A DNA stretch of 64,000 bases, taken from the NCBI GenBank assembly GCA_014382705.1, contig JACNJE010000095.1, positions 303-64,302 on the forward strand, read 5' to 3'. The notes under the pieces were generated by a model that made no database searches, was not told the origin of the DNA, and worked only from the letters and a program-made list of their open reading frames with translations. Each line of letters starts with the position of its first letter. Position 1 is the stretch's first letter. This DNA comes from Verrucomicrobiota bacterium (GTDB lineage: Bacteria; Verrucomicrobiota; Verrucomicrobiia; Limisphaerales; UBA1096). Shown here in pieces: positions 37,620 through 48,634 of the stretch. Both the position numbers and the translations under genes were made by a program.

Positions 37620-39140
37620 ATGGCAGCTCGGATTGGCGTTGGCGGCATATTCATCGAGTGCAACCACTTTACATCGCAACTCGCGGATCGTGCGGCTTTC
37701 GAACGATCGGAGCGGCTTTGCGGCGGCGAACTGCTTGCCAGGAACACCGGCGTGCTCGGCGGCATGATGTCCGTACTGCGAGCGAATGACTGCGAGCCGG
37801 TTCCGTTGTTGTACGCCAGCGCCTGCCCCAGTGGAGTTGTCCGGGAGGAGGTTTACGATGCGCTAAAAAATGTACTGCTGGAATTGCTCAACAACGCGGT
37901 GCAACTCGACGGCATTCTGCTTTGCCTGCACGGCGCAGGGGCAGCGATCAACGCGCCCGACATGGAGGGTGACTTGACGCGTGCGATTCGCAAGCGGGTG
38001 GGTGATGAGGTGCCGATCGTCAGCACACTCGACCTGCACGCGCACATCACGCCGGAACTCCTTGCCCACACTGATGTTTTGCTGGCGTGGGAAACGTATC
38101 CGCACGTCGACGCCTTCAAGACTGGCGAACGCGGCGCCCAAGCGATGGTTGATATTTTGGCCGGCCGACTGAAGCCGGTTATGGCCATGGCGAAAGTGCC
38201 GATCATCGTCAGCGCCATTCACGGCCGGACGCAGCAACCGGGGCCTTTCGCCGATGTCATGCACGAAGCCAAGCGACTCGAGGATAGCGGGACGCTTTAT
38301 TCGATTAACCCCATTTTGGTGCATCCTTATTTGAACCTGCCGGACATGGGTGGCGGCGTTTTGGTGGTTGCCAACGAATGCAAGACGGATGCCGTCGACG
38401 CGGCCAAGCGCTTGGCCTGGCGGTACTGGGAAAATCGCCACGAGCTACAACCGGAGACGCTCAAGCCAAGCGAAGCGGTTCAGCGAGGATTGCAAATCGA
38501 AGGCGGGCCAGTGCTGCTGATCGAGACGGCCGACTGCTGCGGTGGCGGCGCCACCGGTGACAGCGTACACACGCTCAAGGCGCTGCTCGCGGAAGCCCCC
38601 GACCAATCGGCGATTGTTCCCGTGGTCGATCCTGCGGGGGCACGGCGGGCGCACGCTGTGGGCGTGGGACAGACGATTCAACTGCGGCTTGGCCACCGGC
38701 TTGACCCCAATTGGGGCGACCCGGTTACCGTGGACGGCATCGTCACGCGGCTCAGCGATGGGGCGTTCACCTATTGCGGTGGCATCTGGGATGGCCGCTC
38801 CGGTTGTATGGGTCCGACCGCCGTGGTTGAGGTTGGCCCGATTCAAATCGTCATCAGCAGCAACGCCACATACGACTGGATGACGGAACAATTTGACCTG
38901 CTCCGACTGGACATCACGGCCTGCAAATTTATCGTTGCGAAAAATCCGATGAACTACCAACAGGCCTACACAGGGTCAATGAAGGCGGCATTCGTACTGG
39001 ACACACCCGGCCCAACGCCCGCCAACACAAATGCCCTGGCGTACACCGGGATGACCGCCGATTGGTTCCCGAAAAAAACGGGCGTCACCATAGACGAGCC
39101 GACTGTCTTCGTTTCGAGACAACGCGACCTAACCCCCTGA
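37620..39140 (+). CDS. M81 family metallopeptidase (MlrC/microcystinase C-like, DUF1485 + MlrC_C)
   Basis: IGVGGIFIECNHFT..., ...LLCLHGAGAA..., ...WETYPHVD... match my recollection of MlrC-family proteins. Confidence 0.6.
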   Translation: MAARIGVGGIFIECNHFTSQLADRAAFERSERLCGGELLARNTGVLGGMMSVLRANDCEPVPLLYASACPSGVVREEVYDALKNVLLELLNNAVQLDGILLCLHGAGAAINAPDMEGDLTRAIRKRVGDEVPIVSTLDLHAHITPELLAHTDVLLAWETYPHVDAFKTGERGAQAMVDILAGRLKPVMAMAKVPIIVSAIHGRTQQPGPFADVMHEAKRLEDSGTLYSINPILVHPYLNLPDMGGGVLVVANECKTDAVDAAKRLAWRYWENRHELQPETLKPSEAVQRGLQIEGGPVLLIETADCCGGGATGDSVHTLKALLAEAPDQSAIVPVVDPAGARRAHAVGVGQTIQLRLGHRLDPNWGDPVTVDGIVTRLSDGAFTYCGGIWDGRSGCMGPTAVVEVGPIQIVISSNATYDWMTEQFDLLRLDITACKFIVAKNPMNYQQAYTGSMKAAFVLDTPGPTPANTNALAYTGMTADWFPKKTGVTIDEPTVFVSRQRDLTP

Positions 39141-39211
39141 AACTGGACGGCAAGTGAACTTGCGCGGATGAACCATCGCTGCAACAGTTCCCGGCGACAA
39201 AGATCACTTTT

Positions 39212-40261
39212 GTGAAAAACAACCTTCCTCACTGCATCGTCGCACTGATTCTCCTCCTCGGCGGACGCCTTGGCGCTGATGAGCATCGCGACATCAAGAT
39301 TGTCGAAGTTCAGAAAATCTGGGATGCGGCCCCACACAACGCATTTACCGACCTTGAACGGTTCAATGGCAGTTGGTATTGCGCCTTTCGGGAGGGTCAC
39401 GGCCATGCGGGTGGTGGCGATTACGGGAAGATTCGCGTGATTGCCTCCAACAATGGCACAGCATGGAAATCAGTGGCACTGCTCCAGACCAAGGGCGTCG
39501 ATCTGCGCGACGCCAAGCTGTCCATCACACCAACCGGCGAGTTGCTGCTGAACTCCTGTGAATACCGTGTGGACGACGACAGTGCCAACATCCGCAACAA
39601 CACCTCCGTGACGTATCGTTCCAAAAATGGAACCGACTGGTCGGTGGGCACGCAGATTGCTGACAAGGGCTATTGGCTCTGGCAAACGACATGGCGAGGC
39701 GCCACCGGCTACGCGCTGGGCTACCAGTGGGGAAACCGCGATGCGACCCGTTTTTATCGCACAACCGACGGCAATCAGTACACGCTTCATGTTGATCACC
39801 TCCGGCCGCCGGGCGATCGCAGCAACGAACACGCGATGTTCTTCGATGCCGAGGGCCGCGCCCATATGCTTCTGCGCCGCGACAATGCGCCATCGAAAAC
39901 CGGCGGCTACGCCCTGCTTGGCCAAGCGGAACCACCCTACACCGACTGGGAGTGGTGCCGGCTCAACATCACGCTAGGCGGCCCATCGATGATTCAGTTG
40001 CCGGACGGACGCGTTGTCGCCTGTGTCCGCCGCTATGCGGACGAGAACCATCGTAACTGGGGTTCGCAGTGGACCGAACTGGGCTGGATCAACATTCAAA
40101 CCGCCAAATACACCCCGGCGGCCAAGTTACCGAGCGGCGGCGATTCCAGTTACGCAGGCTTGCATTGGCATAACGGGCTGCTCTGGATCAGCTATTACAG
40201 CAGTCACTCGGGAAAGACCTCCATCTATTTGGCCAAGGCCGAAATATCCGGGTTGAAGTAA
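39212..40261 (+). CDS. secreted BNR/Asp-box repeat protein (sialidase-fold glycoside hydrolase-like), GTG start
   Basis: Signal peptide. Asp-box-like motifs SNNGTAWKS, SKNGTDWS and TTDGNQYT. Confidence 0.6.
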   Translation: MKNNLPHCIVALILLLGGRLGADEHRDIKIVEVQKIWDAAPHNAFTDLERFNGSWYCAFREGHGHAGGGDYGKIRVIASNNGTAWKSVALLQTKGVDLRDAKLSITPTGELLLNSCEYRVDDDSANIRNNTSVTYRSKNGTDWSVGTQIADKGYWLWQTTWRGATGYALGYQWGNRDATRFYRTTDGNQYTLHVDHLRPPGDRSNEHAMFFDAEGRAHMLLRRDNAPSKTGGYALLGQAEPPYTDWEWCRLNITLGGPSMIQLPDGRVVACVRRYADENHRNWGSQWTELGWINIQTAKYTPAAKLPSGGDSSYAGLHWHNGLLWISYYSSHSGKTSIYLAKAEISGLK

Positions 40262-40315
40262 TCTCAAACTCCGGCCGCTCTTGTAAAAAAAGGCATTCGA
40301 GGCTAATTATGCCGC

Positions 40316-42751
40316 GTGGACCGCACTCAAACCTTGATCGCCTCGGCGTTCGCACTGGCTCTTGCGCACTCGGCCGTTTCCGCGGCGGAGAAGCCCGTTG
40401 ATTTTGCGCGGGAAATCCTGCCCGTACTGTCGAACAAATGTTTCGTCTGCCACGGGCCGGACACGAAGAAAAAGGATCTTGTCCGGCTTGACTCGTTTGA
40501 GGGGGCAACGCGCGACTTGGGCGGCTACAAAGCCATCGATCCGGCCGCCTTGGCCAAGAGCGAAATCATCGCCCGCATCCATGATGCCGACGATCCCATG
40601 CCGCCGGAGGATGCCGAAAAGCAGCTTACCGCAGACGAACGCAAACTGATCGAACGCTGGGTCAGGGAGGGTGGCAACTATGCCAAGCATTGGGCGTTTG
40701 TGCCTCCGAGGAAGCCGGCTCCGCCCAGCAAGGGGCATCCGATCGATGCCTTCATCGAAAATCAATTTCCGGAAGGAGCCGGTTTTGCATCGACTGCCGA
40801 CACATCCACCCTCGCGCGTCGGCTGGCGCTGGTGCTGACCGGTTTGCCGCCCGAGCCGGAGTTGCTTGAGACTTATTTGAGCGACGATGGCACCAATGCC
40901 TACGAGCGGTTCGTCGAGCAGTTGCTGGCCGACCCGCGCTATGGCGAGCACCAGGCGCGGTACTGGCTCGATGCCGTCCGCTACGGCGACACGCACGGCC
41001 TGCACCTCGACAACAAGCGGGGCATTTACCCGTACCGCGACTGGGTGGTGCGCGCGTTGAACAACAACATGCCGCTCGACCGGTTCATTGAGTGGCAGCT
41101 CGCGGGCGATCTCCAGCCCAAGCCGACGACCGACCAACTCATCGCCACCGGTTACGTGCGGATGAACCCCTCCACCGCGGAGGGCGGGGTGATCCCGGCC
41201 GAGTTTCAGGCGAAGAACAACTTCGACCGCACCGAGACGCTCGGCACGGTGTTCCTCGGCATGACCATGATTTGTTCGCGTTGCCACACGCATAAATATG
41301 ATCCGATCACGCAGACCGAGTACTACGAGCTGATGGCCTTTTTCAACAGCACCGCCGAGGGGCCGCTCGACGGGAACAAATACGAGTACGCCCCGGTCAT
41401 CAAGGTGCCGCGGGATCAGGTTTCGTGGAACGACTGGCAGCGATTGCAAGCCGAACGCGACCAGTTGCTGGCCGAGGCGGCCTTAACGTTTCAAAATCCG
41501 CAGGAGATCCAATCCGAAGCCAAGCAGAAGTGGGACAAGGCCGACAAAGGCGCGCGCTTGGCCATGGTCGTCGATGAAAACGGGCTGTGGAAAACAGCCG
41601 GGCTGACGATTCACGAAACGGCCAAGCGCTTGGCCAAGCGCATTGGGGACGCGGAGAAAGCCTTCACCACCACGCTCGTGGCGAAGGAACTCGGCAAGCC
41701 CCGTGAAACCAAGCTGCTCCAGCGCGGCGAGTACAATCTGCCCATCGGCGACGCACTGCAGCCGGACGTCCTCAGCGTCATGGGTAGCCTGCCCAAGGGC
41801 ACGCCGCGCAACCGGCTCGGCTTGGCCAAGTGGCTCACCAGCCGCGAGCAACCGGTCGTCGCCCGCGTGCTGGTCAACCGGATTTGGCAGCGCGTCTTTG
41901 GCGCGGGGCTCGTGCGAACACCGGAGGATTTTGGACTGCAGGGCCAGCAGCCCACGCACCCGGAACTGCTTGATTGGCTTGCGGTGGAGCTGCAGGACAG
42001 CAATTGGGATTTAAAACACATGCTGCGGCTGATGGTCAGCAGCGAGACATTCCGGCAACGCTCCGCGTTGCGTCACGAGTTGAACGATCCCGAGAACAAA
42101 CTGTTCGCCCGGGGGCCGAGGTACCGGCTCGATGCCGAGGTGCTGCGCGACATCGCCCTTTGGGCCAGCGATCTGCTCGATCCGCACATGGGCGGGGAAG
42201 GGGTGAAACCGTACCAGCCGACCGGTCTTTGGAAGGCGCTGTCGCACCCCGCCAGCAACACCAAGAATTACAAACCCGACACCGGCCGCAGGGTCTATCG
42301 GCGCAGCCTGTACGTTTACTGGAAGCGCACCAGCCCGCACCCGATGATGACGTTGTTCGACGCGCCCAACCGCGAGTCCAGCTGCGTCAAGCGATCCCGC
42401 ACGAATACGCCGTTGCAATCGCTTGGCCTGCTCAACGAGACGCAGCGGGTGGAGATGGCGCGCATGCTGGCCGAGCGATTGCTCAAGGAACGGGCGACCG
42501 ACGATCAGCGGCTGGACTTGATGTTTACACTGCTCGCCTGCCGCGAGCCGAGTGTCATCGAGCGGGAAGCCTGCAACCAGCTTTTGAAAGCGATGCGTGA
42601 CCGCTACGCCGCCGCCGGAAAGGATGCCAACGATTTGCTCAACACCGGCGAAGTACCCCGTGACCAATCCCTGAACGCAACCGACCACGCCGCTTGGACC
42701 CAGATGGCCGCCACGGCCTTGGCTAGCGACCTGGCCCTGATGCTGTTTTAA
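40316..42751 (+). CDS. PSCyt (cytochrome c-like) + DUF1549 + DUF1553 (PSD1) protein, GTG start
   Basis: Signal peptide, N-terminal CFVCHGPD heme-c-type motif, CSRCHTHKYDPI (DUF1549 motif), C-terminal DUF1553-like region. Confidence 0.85.
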   Translation: MDRTQTLIASAFALALAHSAVSAAEKPVDFAREILPVLSNKCFVCHGPDTKKKDLVRLDSFEGATRDLGGYKAIDPAALAKSEIIARIHDADDPMPPEDAEKQLTADERKLIERWVREGGNYAKHWAFVPPRKPAPPSKGHPIDAFIENQFPEGAGFASTADTSTLARRLALVLTGLPPEPELLETYLSDDGTNAYERFVEQLLADPRYGEHQARYWLDAVRYGDTHGLHLDNKRGIYPYRDWVVRALNNNMPLDRFIEWQLAGDLQPKPTTDQLIATGYVRMNPSTAEGGVIPAEFQAKNNFDRTETLGTVFLGMTMICSRCHTHKYDPITQTEYYELMAFFNSTAEGPLDGNKYEYAPVIKVPRDQVSWNDWQRLQAERDQLLAEAALTFQNPQEIQSEAKQKWDKADKGARLAMVVDENGLWKTAGLTIHETAKRLAKRIGDAEKAFTTTLVAKELGKPRETKLLQRGEYNLPIGDALQPDVLSVMGSLPKGTPRNRLGLAKWLTSREQPVVARVLVNRIWQRVFGAGLVRTPEDFGLQGQQPTHPELLDWLAVELQDSNWDLKHMLRLMVSSETFRQRSALRHELNDPENKLFARGPRYRLDAEVLRDIALWASDLLDPHMGGEGVKPYQPTGLWKALSHPASNTKNYKPDTGRRVYRRSLYVYWKRTSPHPMMTLFDAPNRESSCVKRSRTNTPLQSLGLLNETQRVEMARMLAERLLKERATDDQRLDLMFTLLACREPSVIEREACNQLLKAMRDRYAAAGKDANDLLNTGEVPRDQSLNATDHAAWTQMAATALASDLALMLF

Positions 42752-42752
42752 A

Positions 42753-44240
42753 ATGAATCCTATACGCGAAACCGACTTGATGATGACGCGCCGGCAGTTG
42801 TTCGGCCGCGCAGCGCTTGGCTTGGGTACGGCCGCCTTGGCCAACGTGCTTGGCCCGGGCTTGCTGGCCAACGCTAGGGGCCAGGCACCCGGCACCCACT
42901 TCGCCCCCAAGGCCAAGCGGGTGATCTATCTGTTCATGAGCGGTGGGCCAAGCCATCACGATCTATGGGATTACAAACCGAAGATGCGCGAGATGTTTGG
43001 CAAGGACTTGCCGGAGCACGTGCGCGACGGCCAGCGCATTACCGGGATGACTTCGGGGCAAAAGACGCTGCCGGTTTGCCCGAGCAAATACACCTTCACC
43101 AAGCACGAAAACAACGACCGCGGCTTGTGGGTGAGCGAACTGCTCCCGTACACCGCCAAGGTTGCGAAGGAACTTGCGGTTGTTTACAGCACCTACACCG
43201 AGGCGATCAACCACGACCCGGCAATCACGTACATCCAGACCGGCAGCCAGATTCCCGGCCGCCCGAGCCTGGGCGCCTGGCTCAGCTACGGCTTGGGCCG
43301 GGTGAATGAGAATCTGCCCGGCTACGTTGTGATGCATGCCCGCTCAAAGTTCCCGGAGCAGAGCCTGTTTGGCCGCCTGTGGGGAACCGGCTTCATGCCG
43401 TCCGAGCATCAGGGCGTCTTGCTGCGCAGCGAAGGGGACCCGGTGCTTTATCTCAAAAATCCGGCCGGCGTCTCCGGCAGGGATCGTCGCGCGCAACTCG
43501 ACACGCTCGCAGCGTTAAATCAGGAACAGTACAAACAGTTTGTCGACCCGGAAATCTTGGCCCGCATCAAGCAGCACGAACTGGCCTATCGCATGCAGAC
43601 CTCGGTGCCGGAGTTGATGGATCTCTCCGGCGAAAGCGATGCGACGTTCGAGTTGTACGGTGAAGAGGCGCGTCAGGCCGGCAGCTTCGCCGCTTGTTGC
43701 CTCAACGCCCGCCGCCTGGCAGAGCGCGGTGTGCGCAACATCCAGATTTTTCACCGTGGCTGGGATGCCCACGGCAGCCTGCCCCGCGAGCACGAGTCCC
43801 AGTGCAAAGACATCGACCAAGGCTGCTACGCGCTGATCAAAGACCTCCGGCAACGCGGCATGCTCGATGAGACCCTCGTGGTCTGGGGCGGGGAATTTGG
43901 CCGCACCTCCTATTGTCAGGGCAAACTGACCAAGGAGAATTACGGGCGCGACCACCACCCGCGCTGTTTCACCACATGGATGGCCGGGGGCGGCATCAAG
44001 CCCGGCATCACCTACGGACGGACGGACGATTACGCCTACAACATCACCGACGCCGACGGAAACATGATCCGGCCCACCAAGGACAAATGGACGCCGGGCA
44101 CGATGCACATCCACGACCTCAACGCCACGCTTCTCCATCTGCTGGGCATCAACCACGAACGGTTGACCTACCGCTACCAGGGCCGCGACTTCCGACTGAC
44201 TGACGTCCACGGCCACGTCATCAACGACCTCGTCGCATGA
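42753..44240 (+). CDS. DUF1501 domain protein (Tat signal)
   Basis: [50 protein letters not shown]...GRDHHP. It lies 1 nt after the PSD1 gene. Confidence 0.85.
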   Translation: MNPIRETDLMMTRRQLFGRAALGLGTAALANVLGPGLLANARGQAPGTHFAPKAKRVIYLFMSGGPSHHDLWDYKPKMREMFGKDLPEHVRDGQRITGMTSGQKTLPVCPSKYTFTKHENNDRGLWVSELLPYTAKVAKELAVVYSTYTEAINHDPAITYIQTGSQIPGRPSLGAWLSYGLGRVNENLPGYVVMHARSKFPEQSLFGRLWGTGFMPSEHQGVLLRSEGDPVLYLKNPAGVSGRDRRAQLDTLAALNQEQYKQFVDPEILARIKQHELAYRMQTSVPELMDLSGESDATFELYGEEARQAGSFAACCLNARRLAERGVRNIQIFHRGWDAHGSLPREHESQCKDIDQGCYALIKDLRQRGMLDETLVVWGGEFGRTSYCQGKLTKENYGRDHHPRCFTTWMAGGGIKPGITYGRTDDYAYNITDADGNMIRPTKDKWTPGTMHIHDLNATLLHLLGINHERLTYRYQGRDFRLTDVHGHVINDLVA

Positions 44241-45358
44241 GCGTTCCCAAAGTCCCCGCCGCCTTTTCGCCGCCGAACCGCCTCCTGCTTGGCCCCGGGC
44301 CGAGCAACGCTGCACCCACCGTGCTCGACGCCATGCAGCGTCCGGTCGTTGGCCACCTCGACCCGGCGTTCATCGGCATGATGGAGGAAATCAAATCGAT
44401 GCTGCGGCACGTGTTCCAAACTGAAAACGAGATGACGTTTCCGGTCAGCGCCACCGGCAGCGCCGGGATGGAAGCCTGCTTCGTCAACCTGCTCGAGCCG
44501 GGCGACCAGGTGGTCATCGGCGTCAACGGCGTGTTCGGCATGCGCATGTGCGACGTCGCCGAGCGGTGCGGCGCCACGGTCACCAAAGTCGAGGCCGACT
44601 GGGGCACGATCATCGAGCCGTCGGCCGTCGCTGCTGCGCTCGAGGGACGCCAGCCCAAGCTCGTCGCCATCGTCCATGCCGAGACCTCCACCGGGACGCT
44701 CACACCGGTCGAGGACATCTCGCGCCTGGCCCGCGACGCCGGAGCGTTGTTCCTGCTCGACACCGTCACGTCGCTTGGCGGCTGCCCGGTGGCCATCGAC
44801 GACTGGCAGGTCGACGCCGTTTACAGCGGCACCCAAAAATGCCTGAGCTGCCCGCCGGGCCTCGCGCCGGTCTCGTTCAGCCCACGCGCGATGGACGTCA
44901 TCACCGGCCGAAAAACCAAGGTGCAAAGCTGGTATCTCGACGTGAATTTTCTTGCCAGCTACTGGGGCTCGGAGCGCGTGTATCATCACACCGCGCCGAT
45001 CTCGATGAACTACGCGCTGCACGAGGCGCTGCGCTTGGTTTTGGAGGAAGGCCTCGCGGCACGATGGGCGCGGCACCAACAGGCGTACGAGATGCTCAAG
45101 GCCGGCTTGGCCAAGCTGGGCCTCTCGATCACCTCGCAGGAGGGGCATCAGCTTTGGCAACTCAACGCCGTCGGCGTGCCGGATGGCGCGGACGAAGCCG
45201 GCGTGCGCGGCCGGTTGCTCAGCGACTTCGGCATCGAGGTCGGTCCCGGCCTTGGCCCGATGAAGGGCAAAATCTGGCGCGTCGGCCTCATGGGCCACAA
45301 CGCCACCCCGGCCAATGTCGAGCGCTTCCTCGACGCCCTTGGTCAATGCCTCGGGTAA
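44237..45358 (+). CDS. class-V aminotransferase (alanine-glyoxylate / serine-pyruvate aminotransferase family)
   Basis: [43 protein letters not shown] (PLP lysine context). ATGA overlap with the DUF1501 stop. Confidence 0.8.
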   Translation: MSVPKVPAAFSPPNRLLLGPGPSNAAPTVLDAMQRPVVGHLDPAFIGMMEEIKSMLRHVFQTENEMTFPVSATGSAGMEACFVNLLEPGDQVVIGVNGVFGMRMCDVAERCGATVTKVEADWGTIIEPSAVAAALEGRQPKLVAIVHAETSTGTLTPVEDISRLARDAGALFLLDTVTSLGGCPVAIDDWQVDAVYSGTQKCLSCPPGLAPVSFSPRAMDVITGRKTKVQSWYLDVNFLASYWGSERVYHHTAPISMNYALHEALRLVLEEGLAARWARHQQAYEMLKAGLAKLGLSITSQEGHQLWQLNAVGVPDGADEAGVRGRLLSDFGIEVGPGLGPMKGKIWRVGLMGHNATPANVERFLDALGQCLG

Positions 45359-45364
45359 CAATAA

Positions 45365-45382
45365 GCCGCTTGGCCAAGCGGC
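45365..45382. repeat. 18-bp perfect palindrome GCCGCTTGGCCAAGCGGC between convergent genes
   Basis: Read directly. It nearly fills the 27-nt gap between the stops at 45358 (+) and 45386 (-). No T-tract. Confidence 0.9.
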
Positions 45383-45385
45383 GCT

Positions 45386-46318
45386 TCAGTGCATCTCGAC
45401 GGCGCAGGTGCCGAGGCCGCCTCGGTAGTAGTTGAACTGCACGTTCGGGTGGTCGGCGAGGAGCGACATCGGCACGGCCGAGTCGGTGACGCCCTTGGAA
45501 ATCATCAGCGCGGTGAGCCGTTGGCCAAGCGGGTTGTCGTGCGTGCCGGCGTGCCAGATGCTGACCTTCTCCGCCTGCCACGTCTCGACCGGGCCAACGG
45601 TGACGGCACGCGGCGGCACCATGGTGATGTTGCCGCCGCCGGAGGTGCGGGCGTTTTGCGCGAGGGTGATCGGGTGCAACTCGACAATGCGCGTGGCGAG
45701 TTTGCGGTATTCTTCCGGTGACGGCGGTGCGTCGGCGTGAGCGCCTTCACGGCGAAGCGGGTCATTGAACGCCCAATGCTTAATGTCGCCCTGGCCGCCC
45801 TGCATCACGGCGCAGCGCACGCCGTCCCAGCTCGCGCGGAACGCCCCGGTGTCGGCGGTGGGGAAATGCAGGTTTTCCTCCGGCATCGCTTGGCCGGGTG
45901 CGATGCGGTCGAAGCACAACTCGCGGTCGGCCCGCTCAAACGACAGCGGGTGGTCGGTCGGCACGGCGCGGCCGTCGGCACCGATCCATTCGTCCATGCC
46001 CCAAAAATGCGCGTGCTGCAGCGCTTGGCCCAGCTCATTGACGAGCCGGGCGACGAGCGGCAGTTGCTCGGTCGGGCCGATCGGGCCGCAGATGCCGACC
46101 GGATTGTCGGCGGTCGCTTGGCCCCAAGCGTGAATGTACTCGAGCGCCTCGGCCAAATAAAAATCCTCGAGCGTGTCGTACATCACCACGCGGAAGCCGG
46201 GCCGCGACAGTTGCTCAAGGTCATGCGGCGTGAGCGCGGCGGCGTCGCGGATGAGGTCCTCCTCGAGCGTGGTGTAATCCCACCAATCGGGCGCGACGGA
46301 ACTGAACTTGCGCGGCAT
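45386..46318 (-). CDS. NagB/6-phosphogluconolactonase superfamily protein (glucosamine-6-phosphate deaminase-like)
   Basis: ...[11 protein letters not shown]...HFWGMDEW... resembles the G-x-TP / F-x-x-DE motifs of the family. Assignment is tentative. Confidence 0.45.
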   Translation of the reverse strand: MPRKFSSVAPDWWDYTTLEEDLIRDAAALTPHDLEQLSRPGFRVVMYDTLEDFYLAEALEYIHAWGQATADNPVGICGPIGPTEQLPLVARLVNELGQALQHAHFWGMDEWIGADGRAVPTDHPLSFERADRELCFDRIAPGQAMPEENLHFPTADTGAFRASWDGVRCAVMQGGQGDIKHWAFNDPLRREGAHADAPPSPEEYRKLATRIVELHPITLAQNARTSGGGNITMVPPRAVTVGPVETWQAEKVSIWHAGTHDNPLGQRLTALMISKGVTDSAVPMSLLADHPNVQFNYYRGGLGTCAVEMH

Positions 46319-46321
46319 GGC

Positions 46322-47857
46322 TTACCGGGCGCCTTTGTTGATCGGCTCGTCCACGACGAGATTGCTCGGGAAGGCACCCGGCTTGGAGCGCGACTTAAGC
46401 CGTTTATTTTGTGAGCCGCCCCTCGGCTGGTTGAGCGGGATGAACATCCCCCCGCTCTCGGCCAGCATGCCGTACAGCTTGTTTTCCATCTCACGAACAA
46501 CCGGTTTAAGCTTGGCGTCGGCGATGAGGTTTTTGGTTTCGCCGGGGTCGCTGCGGATGTCGTACAGCTCGTCGGTATCCCACAGGCCGTAGTAGGTGAT
46601 GTATTTGTAGCGGTCGCCCCGCAGCGCAAACACCGTCGGCGACTGCGGAAAATTTTTCTCCCAGTAATAAACGTAAAGAAAATAATCGCGCCACGAAACG
46701 TCCTTCCCTTGGCCAAGCGGGATGAAGCTCAAGCCGTCCATGTAGCTGGGAGTCTTGACGCCGGCGGCCTCGAACACTGTCGGGGCAATGTCGATGTTGG
46801 CGACGACCTGGTCGACAACCTGGCCGCCCTCGAACAGTGCCGGGCATTGCATCACCATCGGCACGCGGATGGAGGTCTCGTACGCGACGCGCTTGTCGAT
46901 CAACCCGTGCTCGCCGAACATGAAGCCATTGTCGCCCATGTAAACCACCAGCGTGTCGTCGTGCACGCCCATCTCCTTGAGTGTCTTGAGCACCCGGCCG
47001 ATGCTGTCGTCCACCGCGAGAAACGCCTCGCAGTAATCCTTGTAAAATTTCTCGACGTCGATGCCGCTGTGGTAGGCGAAGTCGACGCCGTGCCAACTGT
47101 TGCGCTGATCTTTCAGCCAGCGCGGCTTGCCGTCGTAGTTTGCCGGCGAGTCGGCCTGCGACTTGGGCGGCACAACGTTCGCATCGGCGTACCTGCCTTG
47201 GTGCCGCTCGGCCGGCGTGAACTGCGCGTGCACCGCCTTGTGCGAGAGATACAGGAAAAACGGCTTGTCCCGCTTGCGGCTGCGCAGCCAGTCCACTGCG
47301 TAGTCGGTCAACTCGTCGGTGATATAGCCTTTCTGCGGCACTTTTTTACCGTTGACGTTGAGCCCATTGCGCGACGGCAGATATGTTCCCTGTCCGCGAA
47401 AACTGACCCAGTGATCGAACCCCGGCCGGGGCTGGTCGGTGCTGCCCCCCATGTGCCACTTGCCGATGTACGCCGTCTCGTAGCCGGCTTTCTGCAGATG
47501 TTGCGGGAAGAAAACCGTCCCCTCCGGCACAAGCCGGTTGTTATCGATCACCCGGTGCTTGTGCGTGTACAGCCCGGTGAGGATCGACGCCCGGCTCGGC
47601 GAACAGAGCGACGTCGTGACGAACGCATTCTTCAAGTGCACACCGTTCCGGGCGATCGAGTCAAGGTGCGGCGTCTTTAAAAACGGATGCCCCATGAAGC
47701 CCATCGCGTCGTAGCGATGATCGTCAGTCAGAATGAAGACCACGTTGCGCGGCTTGGCGCCGGGCACACGCTCGATGGCCAGCTTGTCGCCGACCACCGC
47801 TTGGCCAAGCGCCGCCCAGCCTAGCGCGACGCAAACGAAGAGGGGTAGTTTTCTCAT
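46322..47857 (-). CDS. sulfatase (formylglycine-dependent, Cys-type)
   Basis: Signal peptide ...AALGQA. NVVFILTDDHRYD and the SLCSPSRASILTG (C-x-P-x-R) motif. Confidence 0.9.
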   Translation of the reverse strand: MRKLPLFVCVALGWAALGQAVVGDKLAIERVPGAKPRNVVFILTDDHRYDAMGFMGHPFLKTPHLDSIARNGVHLKNAFVTTSLCSPSRASILTGLYTHKHRVIDNNRLVPEGTVFFPQHLQKAGYETAYIGKWHMGGSTDQPRPGFDHWVSFRGQGTYLPSRNGLNVNGKKVPQKGYITDELTDYAVDWLRSRKRDKPFFLYLSHKAVHAQFTPAERHQGRYADANVVPPKSQADSPANYDGKPRWLKDQRNSWHGVDFAYHSGIDVEKFYKDYCEAFLAVDDSIGRVLKTLKEMGVHDDTLVVYMGDNGFMFGEHGLIDKRVAYETSIRVPMVMQCPALFEGGQVVDQVVANIDIAPTVFEAAGVKTPSYMDGLSFIPLGQGKDVSWRDYFLYVYYWEKNFPQSPTVFALRGDRYKYITYYGLWDTDELYDIRSDPGETKNLIADAKLKPVVREMENKLYGMLAESGGMFIPLNQPRGGSQNKRLKSRSKPGAFPSNLVVDEPINKGAR

Positions 47858-47938
47858 GATAAAATGGGTACGGCTGCAGGCTGCAGCTCGGCCGGGGAGA
47901 GTGGCGGTCGCGCTTGGCCCTGTAAAGCCGGATCGCCG

Positions 47939-48604
47939 CTACTCGCGGTGGAGCCGCCAAAACTGCACGCGGCCTTCAACCCGCAGGAAGGTGGACACCG
48001 CGCCGCCGGTTCCGACCACCGCCTCGACGGTCTCCCAACTCTCGAGGTCGTCCGATTTCTGCAGCAGGAACTCGTCGCCGTCCGTACCCTCCCACTGAAT
48101 CTCCACCGCTCGGTGAACACCGGTCAACTTGCCAGCCGGCTCCTCACCGCCACGGCCGCCGACATCGACCGGGTCGCCGCTGGGTTTCTTTTTAGCGAGC
48201 TTGGTGGCGAGCGTGAGGGCTATAGCGTCGTCATCCGTGCCGACGAAAATTTTCTGAAATCCGTCGATAAAATAATGTTGATCGCCGCCCTTCCTCGAAT
48301 AGGCGCGGATGGACAGGTAGTAATTCATGCGCGGCTTGCGCTGGGCCGAGAAATGCACGTCGAGCATCGAGTCCGCCGTGATGCTGAGGTCGAGATCCTC
48401 GAACACGACCTGGTCCACCAGCGTCGCCGGGAAATCCGCCAGCAGCGGGTCATACTCGTAGAGCCGTGCATCCACGTAGATGCCGAGCATCTTCTGCTTG
48501 GTCAGCGGGAACGTCAGGTGCACCACCCCCTCCAGCGGCCCCGCCTGCACCTTGGCCAAGCCGGCGGCAAAAAAGGCGGCAACCAAAATCAGTCGCAAGT
48601 TCAT
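47939..48604 (-). CDS. hypothetical secreted protein
   Basis: Signal peptide MNLRLILVAAFFAAGLAKVQA. No recognised domain. Sits in the operon between the DUF1552 and sulfatase genes. Confidence 0.5.
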   Translation of the reverse strand: MNLRLILVAAFFAAGLAKVQAGPLEGVVHLTFPLTKQKMLGIYVDARLYEYDPLLADFPATLVDQVVFEDLDLSITADSMLDVHFSAQRKPRMNYYLSIRAYSRKGGDQHYFIDGFQKIFVGTDDDAIALTLATKLAKKKPSGDPVDVGGRGGEEPAGKLTGVHRAVEIQWEGTDGDEFLLQKSDDLESWETVEAVVGTGGAVSTFLRVEGRVQFWRLHRE

Positions 48605-48634
48605 CGTCGCAGAGACTCCAAGCCCACCCAAGCG

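Noticed and set aside
45365-45382. Extended palindromes at 45365-45382, 56031-56052 and 59928-59941 as canonical Rho-independent terminators.
   Set aside because: The stems are strong but none is followed by a U-tract on either strand. I therefore report them as hairpins of unknown role rather than annotating them as terminators.
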